Shown here in pieces: positions 46,059 to 58,165 of a stretch of 64,000 bases of DNA. The translations under genes and the position numbers were made by a program. This DNA is from Blepharisma stoltei ATCC 30299. Lineage: Eukaryota > Protista > Ciliophora. The notes under the pieces were generated by a model. The model did no database searches. It worked only from the letters and a program-made list of their open reading frames with translations, and was not told where the DNA came from. The stretch spans positions 310,001 through 374,000 of the forward strand of contig CBFDEM010000022.1 of the NCBI GenBank assembly GCA_965603825.1. Direction: 5' to 3'. The first letter of the stretch is position 1. Each line of letters begins with the position of its first letter.

Positions 46059-48651
46059 TTAGTTATCTTGTTTAAAACCTCTGATTTTAGGTTTATACCC
46101 TTCAGAATTATTTGCAATTTTCATAATTTTATCATGAATCGCTGATAAATTATTTTTTGTCTTTATTTCATTATTCCTGCCAGTTGATACAACACTATTT
46201 CATAATTTTTCATTATCCCTCTGCAATTTTTCATGCAATCCAACAATTTTCCTGTCAAAAATTTCTTGTATATAATCTCTTACCTCTTGTGAATTTTGAT
46301 CAAATTTATACTGCAGATCATTCACCTTATTCTTTATATCCTCAATAAACTCAGCAGTTTCCCTTTCTTTATCATTTGTCCCCTGCTTTAACTTTTCTAC
46401 CTCATTTTGAATATTTTCGAATTCTGCTTTGGCGACTGGATCTTTTATCAAGTTTAAAACTTCTTCCTGATTTTTGGCCCGGATTTCTTCAATTTTTCCT
46501 AATTCCATACCCAAGCTATCAAGAGAGTTTACAATGTTTCCCATCTCTTCGCCAATTTCGGCAAATTTTTCTAGGTTTCGGTCGTCGTTTCCTTGTTGAA
46601 CTTTTTCTTCTTCTTCCAGCCTTTCTTCGATCTTTTCTAAGCTTTCATCTATGTCTCTGTGCTTATCTTCAATTTCTTCAGAAAATTTATTTATCATGTG
46701 CTCACGCATTAATTTTTCTGTAGATAATTGGACAGTTGTTTGGGACTCTATTAAAGCTGTTTGCTTGGCAACGTTTTGGAGTTTTTCATTGAGGTCATCA
46801 GCGATAGAGTCAATTTCTGACTGCAAAGTTTCTAATCCTCCGAGTAATTTTTCAAGATCTTCACAAACACATTGATGCTGCTCTGAAATTTCATCGTTTA
46901 ATTTGTTGATGATATCAGAAAATGTTTCTCGATTATAATATAAAGCTTTTTCGAAATTTCCTAAGCTAACATCGACCATCGAAGCCAAATTTTCTATTCT
47001 GTCTTCTAGTATTTTAGTATTGACTCCTAGGTGGCTTTCAAGGCTTGCTTGCAGCTCCCTCATCTTTTCAACTATTTGTGAGTCTCCCATATGAGAAATT
47101 TTAGTTAGCTCATTTTTTAAGATTTGCAAAGATTGATCATGCTTAATAAACTTTTTTGTTGCATCTGACTTGAATTTTTCATTCGATATAATAGTCTGTT
47201 TCAAGCTTTCTGTAATAGTTGTGATCATTTCTTTTGTCTGCTGATGCTGACTTTTAACTACTTCTACATTCCTTTGTGTTTCTTCTTCTATATACCTACT
47301 TAAAATATCAGCTTTTTCTGAAAAAGATTTTGAAGCTTCTTTAGTGTCATATTCTGCTTTAATTCTATTCTTTTCAATAGCATCTTTATAATTCGACAGT
47401 TCTTGGAAAATCCCTTTAGTTGTATTCTGTATCATCTGCTTTAAATCTTTTTCTGCCTTTAGTCTACAATCGATTTCGGTTTTGACCATTTCTGTCATTT
47501 TCTCTGTAATTGAAGCTTGATAGCTCTTGAACTGTTCAATTGCGTCTCTAGCAGCATCTCCCACCTGTGATAAATCATCCCTCATATTAGCTTCTCCTTG
47601 AAATCTTGCTCCTTCTTCCTGTTTCAAGCCTTCAAAAATGCTTCTAATCTGCATGTCTAAATTTGCATTTAAATGATTAATCATTTCTTCTTTTCTTTGA
47701 AACTCTGTCCTCATTAGGGTTTCTAAGTTTGCGAGCCTATCTCGGAATTCTTCTCTATCGAACTGCATTTTTTCATGTGTCATTTTTTCTTTGACATCAA
47801 AAGTGTATTTTAGGTCTTGATGGGTTCTCAGCCTTTCTTCTTGTTCTTGGATTAGCCGGTTTAATAAATCTCCAGTTTTAAGCTCAACTCGGTGCTGTAT
47901 ATCTCCTTGCAACTGACGTAAAAACAGTTTTAAGTCTTCTTGGAGCCTTTGTGACCCAATTTCAACTTTATCAATTATTTTATGGTCTTGCTCTTGCTCA
48001 TTACCAAGAGCTAAAAGGGCAGTTTCTACCATTTGGACTCTCCTTTCCACCTTTTCTGCTAGTTCAATCAATAAATTTACATTAGTATCAGCCTTTGTAT
48101 CTAAAGTCACTACTTGTCGTTCTCCATGATTTAATCGTGATTCTAGCTGAGACACACGACTTTCTACAGTAATCGACAAATTTTGCAAAAATTCGTTCAT
48201 TTTTTCTTGAGATTCACCCAGTCTTACAACTTCCCCAAACAAAACTTGTGATTTTTCTTTATTTTTCAACTGCACTTTTTGGTCTTCAGTTAATTTGTCT
48301 TGAAGAATGCTTCTCATTTGGATTAGTTCTGAGTCTGCTTGGACTGAGTTGCCTTTTTCAAATTTGCTCATTTGGTCTAAAATAAAAGAATTTAGCCTTT
48401 CTTGCTCTTTTATTTTTAAATCCAACGCTGATACCTTTGACGCGAGGTCTTCTGGGATTCGGTTACGGCCTCTTGATTGGGGAGTTCCAATTCCTGACGG
48501 TGGGCCACCTCTTAGCTTTATATCAGTGCTTCTTGACCTTACAGGAACTTGCTGAAAAGATTTATCTAAATCTTGATGCGCCTGGAGCACTGCTGCAATC
48601 GAAGACGAGTCATATCGTTGAGGCTACATAAACTTTTACGAATTTTGCCAT
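46059..48651 (-). CDS. Large coiled-coil (cytoskeletal-type) protein; 16-nt intron 48624-48639
   Basis: ATG GCA AAA TTC|GTAAAAGTTTATGTAG|CCT... puts ATG 48651 in frame with the 796-aa ORF; TGA read-through to TAA at 46059-46061. Confidence 0.78.
48624..48639 (-). other. 16-nt spliceosomal intron
   Basis: GTAAAAGTTTATGTAG; links ATG 48651 to the long ORF. Confidence 0.72.
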
Positions 48652-48723
48652 AATTTAAATACTTTAAGAATAAAAACTGTATATCGCCCAGCTAAAATAT
48701 CAATAATATAAAAAACAAAAGAA

Positions 48724-50268
48724 ATGGCAGTAGTTATAAGGCAAGCGCTTTTCAGAGGGCGTGGCATGAATATGTCAGAATTAGAAGAGCATGCGATGGA
48801 TAATCGTGAAGCCTTAATGAGACAAGAAGATCTCTCACGCATCCGAGACGAAGCAGTTGACGAAGATATGATGGATTCAAATTCTTTTAATGAACAAGAA
48901 GAAAAACGCAAAGAACAGTCCAGAGCAGTTAAAAACCAGCTCATGAAAAAAAAGCTTGAAAAAATAGCGAGATACAAAGCAAAATTAAAAATTTTTGACA
49001 CAGTTTCTGTAATTCTGTCAGCTGGTGGCGTGTTTTTAGCGTTTCTTGAGGTTGAAAATAATTTTAGCACAAACGGTGGGAAAAAAAGAAATGAGTCTAA
49101 TAGCTATGATTTCATTTTGAGATCCATAATTACTATTTCCACTGTGGCTTTGCTTTTATTTATATATTTGCATCATCTATTTGTATATCAAATAGCACGT
49201 GAGCACCAAACCACCTCTGAAGGTGTCGGCTCCAGTTTTTATGGAAGCATACAGTTTAAATGGATGTGGGTTGAAATATTATTTAATGCAGTCCATTGTC
49301 CACCCGGACTAGATGTAGAATTTCATTTCGAGCAGCTGCATGGGACTTTGGTATTGTCAGTGGACCAAATGCTTAGTTGCATTATGCTTGTTAGAGCTTA
49401 TATTTTAGTAAGAGTGGTTAAGCATTATACAAAATGAGGGACAAGCCACGCAGACCAAGTCTGTGACTATTTTGGGTGTGATGCAAATAATTTATTTGTT
49501 TTAAAATCAGTATTTAAGGACAAGCCTTATTTGGTATTAGGCTGCTGCATGATATTGAGCATTTGCATTTTTGGGTTTGCAGTAAGAACTTTTGAAAGGC
49601 CTTATAATGCAGAAATTGAAGGGCAGGCTAAACAAAATTATAATTATGTGTGGAATGCATTTTGGCTAGTTATTATTACCATGTGTACTGTTGGGTATGG
49701 TGATTTTTACCCTCAAACTCATATGGGGAGATTTGTTATTGTTATAGCTTGCTTTTGGGGTGTATTTTTAGTATCAATGACTGTCGTCACGTTGACGGAG
49801 AGTTCTGAGTTCAGCAAGGGAGAAGCCAGAGCTTATGATATTTTATATAGGCTAAAGGCGAAGGAAAGAGCTAGCCATATTGCTAAAAAAGTTGTAGCAA
49901 AGGCTATACAGGTGAATTTTTTGAAAAGAAAAAAGAAAAAGGATCATGCTCTTCATCACCATTGTTTGATGAAGTACAATGAACTAATGAGAGTTTTGCA
50001 GACTTTTGCTGTACAAAGGAAAATATGGAAAGATTGGGAGCCGCCAGTCGAAGAAATGCTTAAGCAGCTTGCAGAAAGGATTGACGTTGATTTAGAGACT
50101 CTTAAAAGCCAAGTCGCTAGTGTATTCGAAATTGAACAGCAGCTCAAAAGAGTCGAAGTTTTCCAAGAGCAAGGAATTAATGCAACAAAGCTGTCTATTA
50201 CTTATTTAGAGGAGCTTGATGGTCAGCTTGATACAGTTATTCAGAAAATGATGAAAAAAGCAAGTTAA
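48724..50268 (+). CDS. Small-conductance Ca2+-activated K+ channel (SK/KCNN-like)
   Basis: Pore NAFWLVIITMCTVGYGDFYPQT..GR, HCPPG, RTFERP, six TM segments; one TGA read-through. Confidence 0.92.
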
Positions 50269-50286
50269 ATTGTGATAATTTAATAA

Positions 50287-51567
50287 ATGTCAAATAGAGT
50301 CTTAACAATAAAAGCATTATTTTCAGATAATTCATTACAAAAGGAAAAGCGGAAAAAAGAGAGATATGAAAAAGCAATAAAAGAGCTAGAAGCAAATAAG
50401 AAGCTATTAGAAGAAAAGGAGCAAATAAGGAGAGAAAAATGAGAAAGATTTCGTGCAAAGGAAGCTATGAAAAAACAAATCAGAGAATACCTCAGAATGC
50501 ATAATGAAAAGAATGCTAAATTGCATAATTATGCAAAAACCATTCAAAATTGATATAGGAATGTGAAGATTAGCCAAAAGCATGAAGAAGTCAAGCTAGA
50601 AAATCTTAGATTTTCTGTATGTGAAAATATTGAAAATCTTCAATCTACCTCTAAATACATTTTTTGAAATTTTGGCCCTGGGCTTGAAAAAAGTGTAATA
50701 AAAATCCAGCAAGCTTATAAAAGGCATAAACTTATAAGAAAAATAAATGAAACAGTTAAAGCGCTGAATTTAATAAAAAAACGTAAAAAGAAGGACGCGA
50801 AGAAAATTATTCAAAAAGGGATAGTGGTGCTGGCCAACAGAATTAAGGTAAAAAATGAAAAATGACGTATTTTTAAAGAAAAAGAGCTGAAGAGAATTCA
50901 AAGAAATTTAGCCTTGCTCAAAATCAGCCAATATTGGAAAAAATTAAATTTGTCAGGAAAAATCATTGTAAGAAGGTATCAAAAATATTATAGAAAACTA
51001 TTCGCACAAGGCACAATTCAAAGATTGGCTGGCAGATATGTGATAGGAGTTCCAGAAACTACTACAAATCAAAGAAGAAACTCTTCATGCTCAATAGCTT
51101 CATCACATTCCACCCCATTTAGACATTTGACTCATACTCCTGCTAGTTCTGGCCATGAGCCCGAGCCGATTCAAAATAATCTTATGGATGATATTTTGGC
51201 TCAAAATATGATAATTGCTGAAAGAAGGAAAAGAATAAGGAAAGGAAAAATTTCTTATGCCATCAAACCGTTAAGACTTAAACCGATTGAGCCTGTTCTT
51301 ATGACTGATGAAGAAGATGATGATATATTTACTAAATCATTTGAAATATCAAAAAATCAAATAAAGCCTGTAGATGCATCTTCTAGAACCTCCAGAAACC
51401 AAACATTAAATATCAGTTTTACCAATTTAAGCGGCATAAGCACCCAAAATTCTATTGTTTTTAATAAAAGCAGGGAAAGCACTGCGGAAGGCCGTAAAAG
51501 GATATTAAAAGATCATATTTTGTTGAAGCCCAGCATAAATCAAAGATTTTTAAAAAAGTTAGCTTAA
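50287..51567 (+). CDS. Basic coiled-coil protein with IQ-like motifs
   Basis: ATG 50287 in frame with ORF 50914; AKTIQNW(TGA)YR, VIKIQQAYKR, LLKISQYWK. Confidence 0.68.
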
Positions 51568-52202
51568 CTCTCAATTATTTGGAAATTATTTTGTTTTAAT
51601 CGAAACCAAAAATTGCCGATTTCTTCTTTTACGTAGCTTTGCCTTTGAAATATTTTTATTCTTCCTGAGTATTCTGTTGAATATCCACTTTCTAATTCTT
51701 TAATTTCTATATAAGTATCTGAGCTTTCTTCTAATTGCCAAAAATGTGATAAAATTGCTTCAGGTATTTTTACTATCATAAATGGGTAAATAAGCTTCAA
51801 GGAATAGATCAATTGCAAGCAGAAATTCACACCTTTGATGCAATATAGAGGAAATAAATTGTCTATTACGAGGATCTGTGCTCTGGTACTAAATTTTTCG
51901 ATTTTTTTAAGAAGTGAATCTATTTTTGTGGAATTTTTAGGACTTTGCCATGCAGAAGGCGGTTCTTCTAATAGTGGAAAATCTTCAGAGTTTCATGCAG
52001 TTTCATATTCTAAATATATTGGATCAATCATGTATTTTTTAAATAGTGCCGAATAATGGGCACTATTTCCAGAAGAAGACAAGAATAGAGATGGATGAGA
52101 CAATCGATTGATTAATTGTAAAATAAATCCAGTGCTGTCGTTTTCAAGAGTGTCTGTAATTATATAGAGTCCTGGAATATTTAATGTTTCTATCACAGAC
52201 AT
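51564..52202 (-). CDS. ELP6: Elongator complex subunit 6-like
   Basis: IITDT....TGFIL, SAHY....KK, LVIDNL, IKELESGYS.EYSG.I; ORFs joined via TGA. Confidence 0.6.
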
Positions 52203-52338
52203 TATTTTTTATTAAAATTTTCAATTTCATATATACCGCAAGATCGGTTGCAATTTCAGAATATATTAAAGAAAGGAGAAAATTTAAAAAAAATCGATTC
52301 TCATAGTTGTTATTCCATATATAATTTGCTTTGAAAAA

Positions 52339-53517
52339 ATGCAATATTCAGTCATAGGTGATCGGAAATCTGCTCTTCTCCACCTTCTCCATATTCCTCC
52401 ACAAGAGCGCTCTTATCAAGACTTATGTGATCTCTCCAACCTTATCTCTGTATTTTCTATTTAGGATATAAAAATTTTCCAAGATTTTAAATACACCCTT
52501 AAGCTAAAAAACCTCTGCAAACACCTTTTATTGGTATCTTATGGTACAAAAGAGACAATATTCCGAGAAGGAGATGATGGCGAAGCATTTTATTACATCA
52601 TTTCTGGAAAAGTTATCCATTATGTTTCCTCGTCTAAAAACGGCAAAACCAAGCTTATTAGCGTGGCTGAATCCAAAGAAGGAGACTCTTTTGGAGAGCT
52701 TGGGCTTTTATATGGTATCAAAAGAAGCAGCTCTGCTATTACAAATACACCAGTAGAAGCTATGGTTTTAACGAAAGAAAATTATGATAAAGAAACAAAA
52801 GGAGATGATTTAGAAATTCAAACAAAGGCTATACATTTTTTCCAAAAGCATAAATTATTGCAATCAATCCCTCAACAGCTATTAATTGATATTGCTAAAA
52901 AATGCAAAAAACCTATAGAGTTCAAAACTAGCGACTTAATAGTAAAGCAAGGATTTAAATCAGATGCAATTTTTTTTATAATTAAAGGTGCAGTAAAGCT
53001 GATGAGGAGAATTGATTTTAAAAAAATTCCGAATTTATATAGTATTTTATCGCCATCTCAGCCAAATGATGCTGATTATCAAGAACAAAATATAGAGACG
53101 AAGTTAGTGGAAATCCAGAATTTGTCAAAAGGGGACTCAATAGCTGATTATGAAGTATTAAGAAATTTACCTTGTAGCTGTACTGCTATTGCAACGATGC
53201 CTACAAAGGTTTATAAAGTATCTATGCAGGATCTGAAATTGCTTGATTCTACTGATTTTCAAAATTTAGTGAATTTTACAGAAAGCTTACCTGATGATAA
53301 TGAAATAAGAAAAATTTATATTCATACAGAAAAATGAAATTCATATAAACATTCGTATGTGAACAGTATCAAATTCGAAAAAAAGTATAAAAATAATTTT
53401 AACTTTAGGATGGAACCAATAAAGTCATTTAAATCCAGGAGCATAACACCGGAAAATATTTTTTCAAAACCTTTATCACACATCAAGCTTAGTCCAATAT
53501 ATAAAACTATGTTTTAA
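52339..53517 (+). CDS. Cyclic nucleotide-binding domain protein (two cNMP domains); 15-nt intron 52450-52464
   Basis: IFREGDDGEAFYYIISG, GDSFGELGLL....RSSS, IVKQG..SD.IFFI.KG.V; TAA at 53515-53517. Confidence 0.85.
52450..52464 (+). other. 15-nt spliceosomal intron
   Basis: GTATTTTCTATTTAG; in-frame TAG. Confidence 0.85.
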
Positions 53518-54002
53518 TTCAATTTTAGGGTAAATTGTTTTATTATTGACCTATTTTTAATTTTATCTCTGTAAGTTTAGCCTGATGAAGTGTAAATGGT
53601 GGAGCTATTAAAATTTAATATCAATTTCTCAATAATTATTTAAATATTAAAGTTAACTTTGATAAATCCTTAATAAGATTATTACATTAAAAAAATTAAA
53701 CAAATTGATTTTAACTTAAAGTATCAATAAAGAAGCATAAAAATTCCAATATATAAAATTAATTGATTTAATACACTGATTTTTGTAGTTTTTTAGGATT
53801 TTTGTCTTTTCAGTCCAAAGTATCCATATTTAATTTTGCTATAGAGCTAAGTAAAATGGAAAATCTTAAAAGATATATCAAAATTCAACCTTCTTAAAAT
53901 GGAATAAATTTAATATAAGAATAAATCCTATAACTATTAAATATCATATTTACACACATACACATATTTAATCATTTTTCTCACCTTATATTATTTTTTA
54001 AA

Positions 54003-54758
54003 ATGATATCAACTACTAGTGATATAGACCTCGATTTATGTCTTGGGTCTCCACATCTATTCGAAGAGTCCAGTCTTAGCACTATGTGGAGCGAAGGCCA
54101 AGCTCCACAAATCCCTACTCAACCCTCTACAGTCAGCTCTCCATCAGCTCATTTTCCTCGGTCCAGAAATGGTTTAAAATCAATAAGTTGGAAGGTAAAG
54201 GACATCGTTGAGCGACAAGGCTCAACCTCCTATAAATCTGTTGCCGATGAGCTATTATCTGAACTTAATATTCCCACAACTGCGACTAAGGATGAAAAAA
54301 ATATCAGACGACGAGTTTATGACGCATTAAACGTATTAATTGCTGCTGACGTTTTATGCAAAAACGGGAGATTTGTCGAAATTAAACACAAAAATAAAGA
54401 AAATTTCTCATGTGACAGTGAATCTGTCATAGAAAAGCGAAAAATCCTACAAGAACTTGTAGAAAAGGTGGGATCTATGAAAGGGCTAATAAATAGGAAC
54501 ATGAAAAAATCGAAGCCCCAAGCGATTTTGAAGGTTCCTTTTGTAGTCTTGCTGACAGATAGCCCAATTGAGAGAGATTTGAAGCTGGAAATGAAAGTTT
54601 CTAGTAGAGGGATTGATGCAAATGTAAAATTCGATAAGCCATTTGAGGTATTAACTTCATATGAAGTAATAACAAAACTTTGTCTTCATAATCATTATGC
54701 AGATTTGCCTACTGAGGTGCTGAGAATTTGCAAAGGTACTTCGGAGGGTAAATTTTAA
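54003..54758 (+). CDS. TFDP: E2F/DP family transcription factor (DP type)
   Basis: GLK.IS.KV...V...G.TSY..VADEL and DEKNIRRRVYDALNVL.A. Confidence 0.9.
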   Translation: MISTTSDIDLDLCLGSPHLFEESSLSTMWSEGQAPQIPTQPSTVSSPSAHFPRSRNGLKSISWKVKDIVERQGSTSYKSVADELLSELNIPTTATKDEKNIRRRVYDALNVLIAADVLCKNGRFVEIKHKNKENFSCDSESVIEKRKILQELVEKVGSMKGLINRNMKKSKPQAILKVPFVVLLTDSPIERDLKLEMKVSSRGIDANVKFDKPFEVLTSYEVITKLCLHNHYADLPTEVLRICKGTSEGKF

Positions 54759-54976
54759 AATAAGATGTGAGTTGTATATATTTTAATAAAAATTGCAAAG
54801 GGTAGCATAATATAATTTATATAGGAATTATGATAATTTTAATATTTTATTACAAAAAAATTATATAGAATTTTATAAAAATCCAAATTAATAGAAAATG
54901 TTGGATCAATTTATTCCTATTTCTTATTAAAGAAGAATTTTGCTTTATTGAAAATAGATTTTAATGACAAATAAAT

Positions 54977-55468
54977 ATGCTTAGCCAAGAAGCAGTTTGT
55001 AGCAAAATTACTGAAAATATTTATGTCGGAAACTGCAGCGCCGCAATCAACAAGGCTCTTATGAAATTCAACCAAATCACTCACATATTAGTCTGTGGTA
55101 TTGGCCTACCCAACAACTACAACAGTGAGTTCACTTATAAGCATATAAAGGTGGAAGATACCCCATCATTCCGAATCATTGAATTTTTTGATGAAAGTTC
55201 AAATTTCATCCAGGACGCCGTTTCATCAGGCGGGTCTATTTTTGTGCATTGTGCGATGGGAATTTCTAGAAGTGTCACTATTGTAGCAGCTTATTTAATT
55301 AAACAAAAGAGAATGAGCACAAATCAAGCCTTATCGTATATAAGGAGAAAGCACCCCAGGGCGAATCCTAATAAAGGATTCAAAAAGCAACTATCAGAAT
55401 ACAAACGAAAATTACTGGAAAGCCAAGACCATATAAATATAAAAGCTTGTAAATGCGACGTTTTTTAA
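54977..55468 (+). CDS. Atypical dual-specificity phosphatase
   Basis: ITHIL, VHCAMGISRSVTIV.AYLI, PN.GF.KQL. Confidence 0.92.
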   Translation: MLSQEAVCSKITENIYVGNCSAAINKALMKFNQITHILVCGIGLPNNYNSEFTYKHIKVEDTPSFRIIEFFDESSNFIQDAVSSGGSIFVHCAMGISRSVTIVAAYLIKQKRMSTNQALSYIRRKHPRANPNKGFKKQLSEYKRKLLESQDHINIKACKCDVF

Positions 55469-56031
55469 TTATTTCTTGCTGTTCTTTCGAATTGAAGCTT
55501 CGCAGCCATAAAAGCCCAGACCATGAAATATACAAAAAAGCCTAAAATTGAGGCTAAAAATAAATAAAACCAAATAATATTCCCTTTTCCTATACATTTT
55601 CCTGAAAGTGGGCAATGGTGATCATACCCTTCACAGCATAGCCCACAATCTTCACAATGTTCTGTTCCTTTTGCAGTCATAACATGACAAACTCTGCAAA
55701 AGCTTTTATTTTCAGCCTTCCCCAACTCAATTTCTTCTTGTGTGTCATTTACTACAATCCCAGGATTTTTCAGAGCGGTCATTAAATAGCTCATAAGGAC
55801 TCAGGTGATTGCACTAAAGCCTATAAACTGCATAGTAGGATCTACCATAGGAGCCATAACTAAAACATTAAAAATCATTGCAGAAATAATGATTGATAGT
55901 AGGCAAAGATTAAACATCCAGTCAGGGCCTATTGTATAGGTGATTTTGCCTTGAGAGTACCAGACAATGCATTTACCAAGCTTGGAAATTCCTGATTTTT
56001 TTTGAAACTTAACCTCGCCGATTTCTTCCAT
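55465..56031 (-). CDS. DHHC palmitoyltransferase (short)
   Basis: IGPDW, NPGI, FC..C.......HC..CG.C....DHHCP.SGKCIG.GN...FY.FL; two ORFs joined by TGA. Confidence 0.88.
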
Positions 56032-56040
56032 TATTATAAG

Positions 56041-56928
56041 TTAATTACAATATTTATCAACTTTAACCTCAAAACGGGTCCAGGTCCCAACTTTCATTAA
56101 ACTAAGCTGGGAATATTCTAAACCAGCTTCTTTTTCTTCTTCTAAAACGTCTTTGTTATCATCTTCTGCAATATATGAATAAATACAGTTAATGAAACCG
56201 AATCGCTGGGTGTTATAGAGATTAGTCTCACACATTATGCATTTTTCTTCTTTTAAGGACGATGATTCCATCAATAAATCAAAAGTCCCCAAGCCTTTAC
56301 TTATGTAGACAACCTGCTTGTAAGCTGCACAGGAAGGATTCATGCAGAGGCCTTCTTTAGTGAGACCAGTTTTTTTAATTTTTCATGAGCTTGGTGTGCA
56401 GGACCCATGAGTTTCTGATTGAAATATTATATGAATTTGGGATTTTTTAGAATATGGAAAACTATCATCCATAGTAACTTCTGTGTCGTTTATAATAATC
56501 CGGCAGTCTGACCTCGCACAACAGCTTTTGGCTTTTAAAATTTCAGTTTTAAGGCAATCAACTGTAAAATTCTTTGGTAGCTGGATGCAAGTTGAAGAAT
56601 CAGAGCAACAGTGTACAGAAAGAGTTATGGAAATTTTATCTTTATTTTTGGGAACTACAAGTGCTGTCATTTTTTCAGAATTCGCACTATTTAAATCAGC
56701 AAGTGTTACATGGTCTTTATGACCATAAACTTTCCCACGAAATTTAACAAGAACTTTGTAATTTTCTACGGTGTATGACAAAGGTAAAAAGGACTTAAGA
56801 TCCTCGCAAATGCTTTTCATCGGGTAATCGCGCCGAACCCGCAGTCGCAAATTTGTGGTTTGGAAGAACCGGGAATCGAGCGTGAAGTCAACGCTCACAC
56901 TCATTTGTCCTTCGTTGCAGACACCCAT
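56041..56928 (-). CDS. Ubiquitin-like domain protein with Cys-rich C-terminal module
   Basis: Ubl-like segments (TV..LK..I; ..TL.DL), then W(TGA)....GL..EG.C.NP.C.A....V....G.G.FD.....C..C......GF.NC.Y. Confidence 0.65.
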
Positions 56929-57337
56929 ATTTTATATCAAATTAAGAATATTGGTTTATAATAAAGCATGACAAGAGCCGTCAAATTGGTTAATAAAATT
57001 TTAACATCAATAATCGAAATTTTAAGGCAGGAAATGAAATAAATCAATTCAAAGAAGGCGAAGAATTTTCATAGAATATCACAGAAAAAATAGGGAAAAC
57101 TTTTGACAAATTTGCTCAAAATCGTGAAATTTTCTATAGGAAAGTTAGAAAATTGAAAATTTAATCATTTCTTAATACAGAATTTTAATCAACAAAATTT
57201 TCTTATAAAAATGAAGCCTTCAGATGACGTCAAATAAAATCAAGAATAGCTATATTTAATAATCTCCAAAAACTATCAAAAATTTCTTTATAAAGTTAAT
57301 TTTTTCGACAAATTTTCTCTCCAAAATTCATTATTAT

Positions 57338-58165
57338 TTACATTATAATATTTTCGCTTTTCCTTCTGTTATGCCCTTTGCTTGGTTTCGGCTTAAAAAT
57401 CACACTGTCTTCTTGCTCTTGAAAATTGATCTCAGGTATATAAGAGCAATCAGGAATATCCTGCATAAAAAAGCTTCCTGGACCGTTCTGTGTTTTACTT
57501 GACGTGATGCTTCCTAGCAGCAAATCTGATAACCTCGCCGTACTTATCATGTCTTCTTTAATGAATAAATCTGATTCAAAACTTCCCATTTTGCTATTGA
57601 TTCTTTCTAGCAATGAGTTTTTTAATTTTCTCAAATTTTCTTGTTTGCTATTTTTGGTGAATTCGTCATTTTGTTCGATAATGTCAATCATATCTTGGAA
57701 TTCTTGGATTCCACGATTAGAGTTTGACTCGTCTTCGCTTTCTTGGCTTATAAGTCGAGGCTCGTCAATCTTTTCTTCTATTTCATTCAAAATTGGTAGG
57801 CTCATTTCTTCACTATATTTTGCTGCCTTTAAAATTGATTTGATTTTCTGGCTGCCGTCTACTTCTACTTCTGGAATTTTATTAGATAATGCCGAAAAAT
57901 AAGCCTGTGTTCCAGAAATAGTACGCTTATGGCTTGGCTTCGGGTGGTTTGAGAGTGGTGGCTTTAATGAAAATTCATCCATGGAATATGTGCTTCTGTG
58001 AGTAGGGCTTTTTTTCACCTCATTAAATAACAGTTTTGGGTCTCGTTTATTAGGAAGCTGCAAAAATTGAGAATTATTTGATTGTGAAGATGTGTGTGTA
58101 GACTCTGATATTGGATTAAATAGTCTTTCTGTAGGAGTGATATTAGTTAGGTTTGAGAATTTCAT
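57338..58165 (-). CDS. Hypothetical S-rich disordered protein
   Basis: Intact 275-aa ORF, TAA stop. Confidence 0.65.
   Translation of the reverse strand: MKFSNLTNITPTERLFNPISESTHTSSQSNNSQFLQLPNKRDPKLLFNEVKKSPTHRSTYSMDEFSLKPPLSNHPKPSHKRTISGTQAYFSALSNKIPEVEVDGSQKIKSILKAAKYSEEMSLPILNEIEEKIDEPRLISQESEDESNSNRGIQEFQDMIDIIEQNDEFTKNSKQENLRKLKNSLLERINSKMGSFESDLFIKEDMISTARLSDLLLGSITSSKTQNGPGSFFMQDIPDCSYIPEINFQEQEDSVIFKPKPSKGHNRRKSENIIM

Noticed and set aside
3302-52464. Near-identical intron sequences in unrelated genes (e.g. 3302 vs 52450, 10597 vs 35407) suggesting mobile introns
   Set aside because: With 15 AT-rich nt and about 6 fixed positions, such similarity is expected by chance
57225-57232. 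TGACGTCA (CRE-like palindrome) upstream of the Ubl gene
   Set aside because: A single 8-mer with no supporting recurrence or conservation data
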